Part shown: one piece after another, positions 62,545 to 64,000 of the stretch
How the letters are laid out: every line of letters begins with the position of its first letter
Numbering within the stretch: the first letter of the stretch is position 1
Source of the DNA: Alphaproteobacteria bacterium
GTDB lineage: Bacteria > Pseudomonadota > Alphaproteobacteria > JAQWUY01
Direction of reading: 5' to 3'
Assembly (NCBI GenBank): GCA_029250225.1
Contig: JAQWUY010000031.1
Coordinates: 226,948-290,947, forward strand
Length of the DNA stretch: 64,000 nt
Notes under the pieces: generated by a model
Told to the model about the DNA's origin: nothing
Seen by the model: the letters and a program-made list of their open reading frames with translations, nothing else
Database searches by the model: none
Position numbers and translations under genes: made by a program

Positions 62545-63933
62545 TTAAGACTTCTTAGCCGATGCCTTTTTAGCCTTTGTTTTCTTAGAAGGCTTCTTTT
62601 TATCAGAGCTATCATTTTCATCATTCAACATTTTTTCAATGTCTTTAGAATCCATTAATTTTTCTTTCGTATCAGCTTTTTCAAGAATCATATCAATAAC
62701 TTTTTCCTCTAAGATAGGAGCTCTTAATTGCTCTAATACTTGTGGGTTTTTCTGATAGTATTCAAAAACCTGCATTTCTTGACCTGGATATCTTTGAGCT
62801 TCACTCATTACTGCACGGTTAATATCATCTTGAGTTACTTCAACTTTTAATTCACTTGCTATTTCTGTCAATAATAAACCTAGGCGAACGCGACGCAGAG
62901 CAATTTCTTTGTATTCTTTTTCTAGTTCTTTATCAGATTTATTAGCATCTTCGTCTTCTAGCTTACCTTCTTCTTTTGATTGTTTAACTGATTTCCAAAT
63001 TTCATCAAATTCTTGTTCAACAATAATACTAGGTACATCAAATTTATGGCCTGCATCTAACTGATTCATTAAATCTTTTTTAATTAAGTTGCGAGTAGAG
63101 CCATCGAATTTAGAGCTAAGTTGTTTTTTAACATTTTCTTTTAATTCTGCTAAATCTTTTAAGCCAACTTTTTTAGCCATTTCATCGTCAATTTTTGTCT
63201 CAACGAATTCTTTTACTTCTTTAACTTTACACTCAAACACAGCATCTTTGCCAGCTAAGTTAGGTGCGTGGTATTCATCTGGGAATTTTACATTAACATC
63301 TTTGCTATCACCAGCTTTTGTACCGATTAATTGATCTTCGAAACCAGGAATAAATGAATTTGAACCTAATTCAAGATTATGGTCATTACCAGCACCACCT
63401 TCAAAAGCAACATCATCAACTTTACCCAAGAAATCAATTACAACTAAGTCACCTTTTTTCGCTTCACGCTCAACTTTTTTGCTATCGCGGAAATCTTTTG
63501 CCAAGCCTACTAGTGCTTCGTCAACTTCTTTGTCAGAAACATTTGCTTTAATAGTTTCAATTTTGATTTTTGATAAATCCATCATTTTTATTTGAGGCAT
63601 CAATACGAATTCAATTGAGAATTCTAGGTCTTTATCAACATCAGCACTTTTAACATCAATTGTCGGTTGAATAGCAGGTCTTATCGAGTTGTCTTTTACT
63701 ATTTTTTCTACTGAACTTTGGATTTGGCTATTAACAACCTCTCCGAAAGCGTTTTCCCCGAATTTTTTTTGTAACACAGATTTTGGAGCTTTACCTTTGC
63801 GGAAGCCTGGTATATCTGCTTTTTCACCATATTCCGATAATTTACTATCGATATCTGATGAAATGGTTTTAGCTGGAATTGACACAGAATATTGTGCCAA
63901 AGTTGAATCTTTTTTAATTTCTGAAATTTTCAT
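62545..63933 (-). CDS. tig: Trigger factor
   Basis: GFRKGKAP ribosome-binding motif, FKBP domain FIPGFEDQL, RRVRLGLLL. Confidence 0.98.
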   Translation of the reverse strand: MKISEIKKDSTLAQYSVSIPAKTISSDIDSKLSEYGEKADIPGFRKGKAPKSVLQKKFGENAFGEVVNSQIQSSVEKIVKDNSIRPAIQPTIDVKSADVDKDLEFSIEFVLMPQIKMMDLSKIKIETIKANVSDKEVDEALVGLAKDFRDSKKVEREAKKGDLVVIDFLGKVDDVAFEGGAGNDHNLELGSNSFIPGFEDQLIGTKAGDSKDVNVKFPDEYHAPNLAGKDAVFECKVKEVKEFVETKIDDEMAKKVGLKDLAELKENVKKQLSSKFDGSTRNLIKKDLMNQLDAGHKFDVPSIIVEQEFDEIWKSVKQSKEEGKLEDEDANKSDKELEKEYKEIALRRVRLGLLLTEIASELKVEVTQDDINRAVMSEAQRYPGQEMQVFEYYQKNPQVLEQLRAPILEEKVIDMILEKADTKEKLMDSKDIEKMLNDENDSSDKKKPSKKTKAKKASAKKS

Positions 63934-63970
63934 TGTAATATATAACCCATTCTATAAAAAAATTTAATAA

Positions 63971-64000
63971 TGGTGCGGGTGAGAGGACTTGAACCTCCAC
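63971..64000 (-). tRNA. 3' end of a tRNA, probably tRNA-Leu (truncated by the window)
   Basis: Reverse complement GTGGAGGTTCAAGTCCTCTCACCCGCACCA contains a T-arm and an encoded CCA. The Leu call rests on the conserved tRNA-Leu-tig order; the anticodon is not visible. Confidence 0.85.

Noticed and set aside
1-64000. Alternative genetic code as an explanation for the odd EF-Tu residues
   Set aside because: TGA acts as a stop (mlaE, cobS, RND), spot-checked CGA and AGG codons sit at conserved Arg positions, and the EF-Tu changes use varied codons.

Overview
This is an AT-rich (roughly 30% GC by eye) core-genome segment of an alphaproteobacterium with Rhodospirillales-like gene order and the standard genetic code. 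I found no mobile elements, prophage, CRISPR array or rRNA. Gene order: partial mltG; acpP-fabG-fabD; rpsF-rpsR-rplI; dnaB-alr-mlaEF-radA-cvpA; der-bamB-yfgM; gcrA-ppx-rlmE-rsmB-like; an RND pump; pssA-psd; icd; a cobamide nucleotide-loop cluster ending in a Gate-domain membrane protein; alaS-recA; ATP12-HAD-RluA-crcB-rarA; the alpha/spc/S10/str ribosomal supercluster; hupB-lon-clpX-clpP-tig; and the 3' end of a tRNA. Main points of interest: (1) The str-operon EF-Tu is unusually divergent, with changes clustered in the kirromycin, pulvomycin and GE2270A binding sites, including Y160N. (2) purF, guaB, guaA and fabF are missing from their usual positions and the flanking genes are closed up. 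(3) The cobamide salvage operon has a translationally coupled nucleoside-recognition (Gate) protein where cobN usually lies. (4) The gcrA promoter carries three GANTC sites and heads a ppx operon. Several structured ribosomal leaders and internal terminators are also present. All alignments and synteny comparisons were made from memory, without tools.
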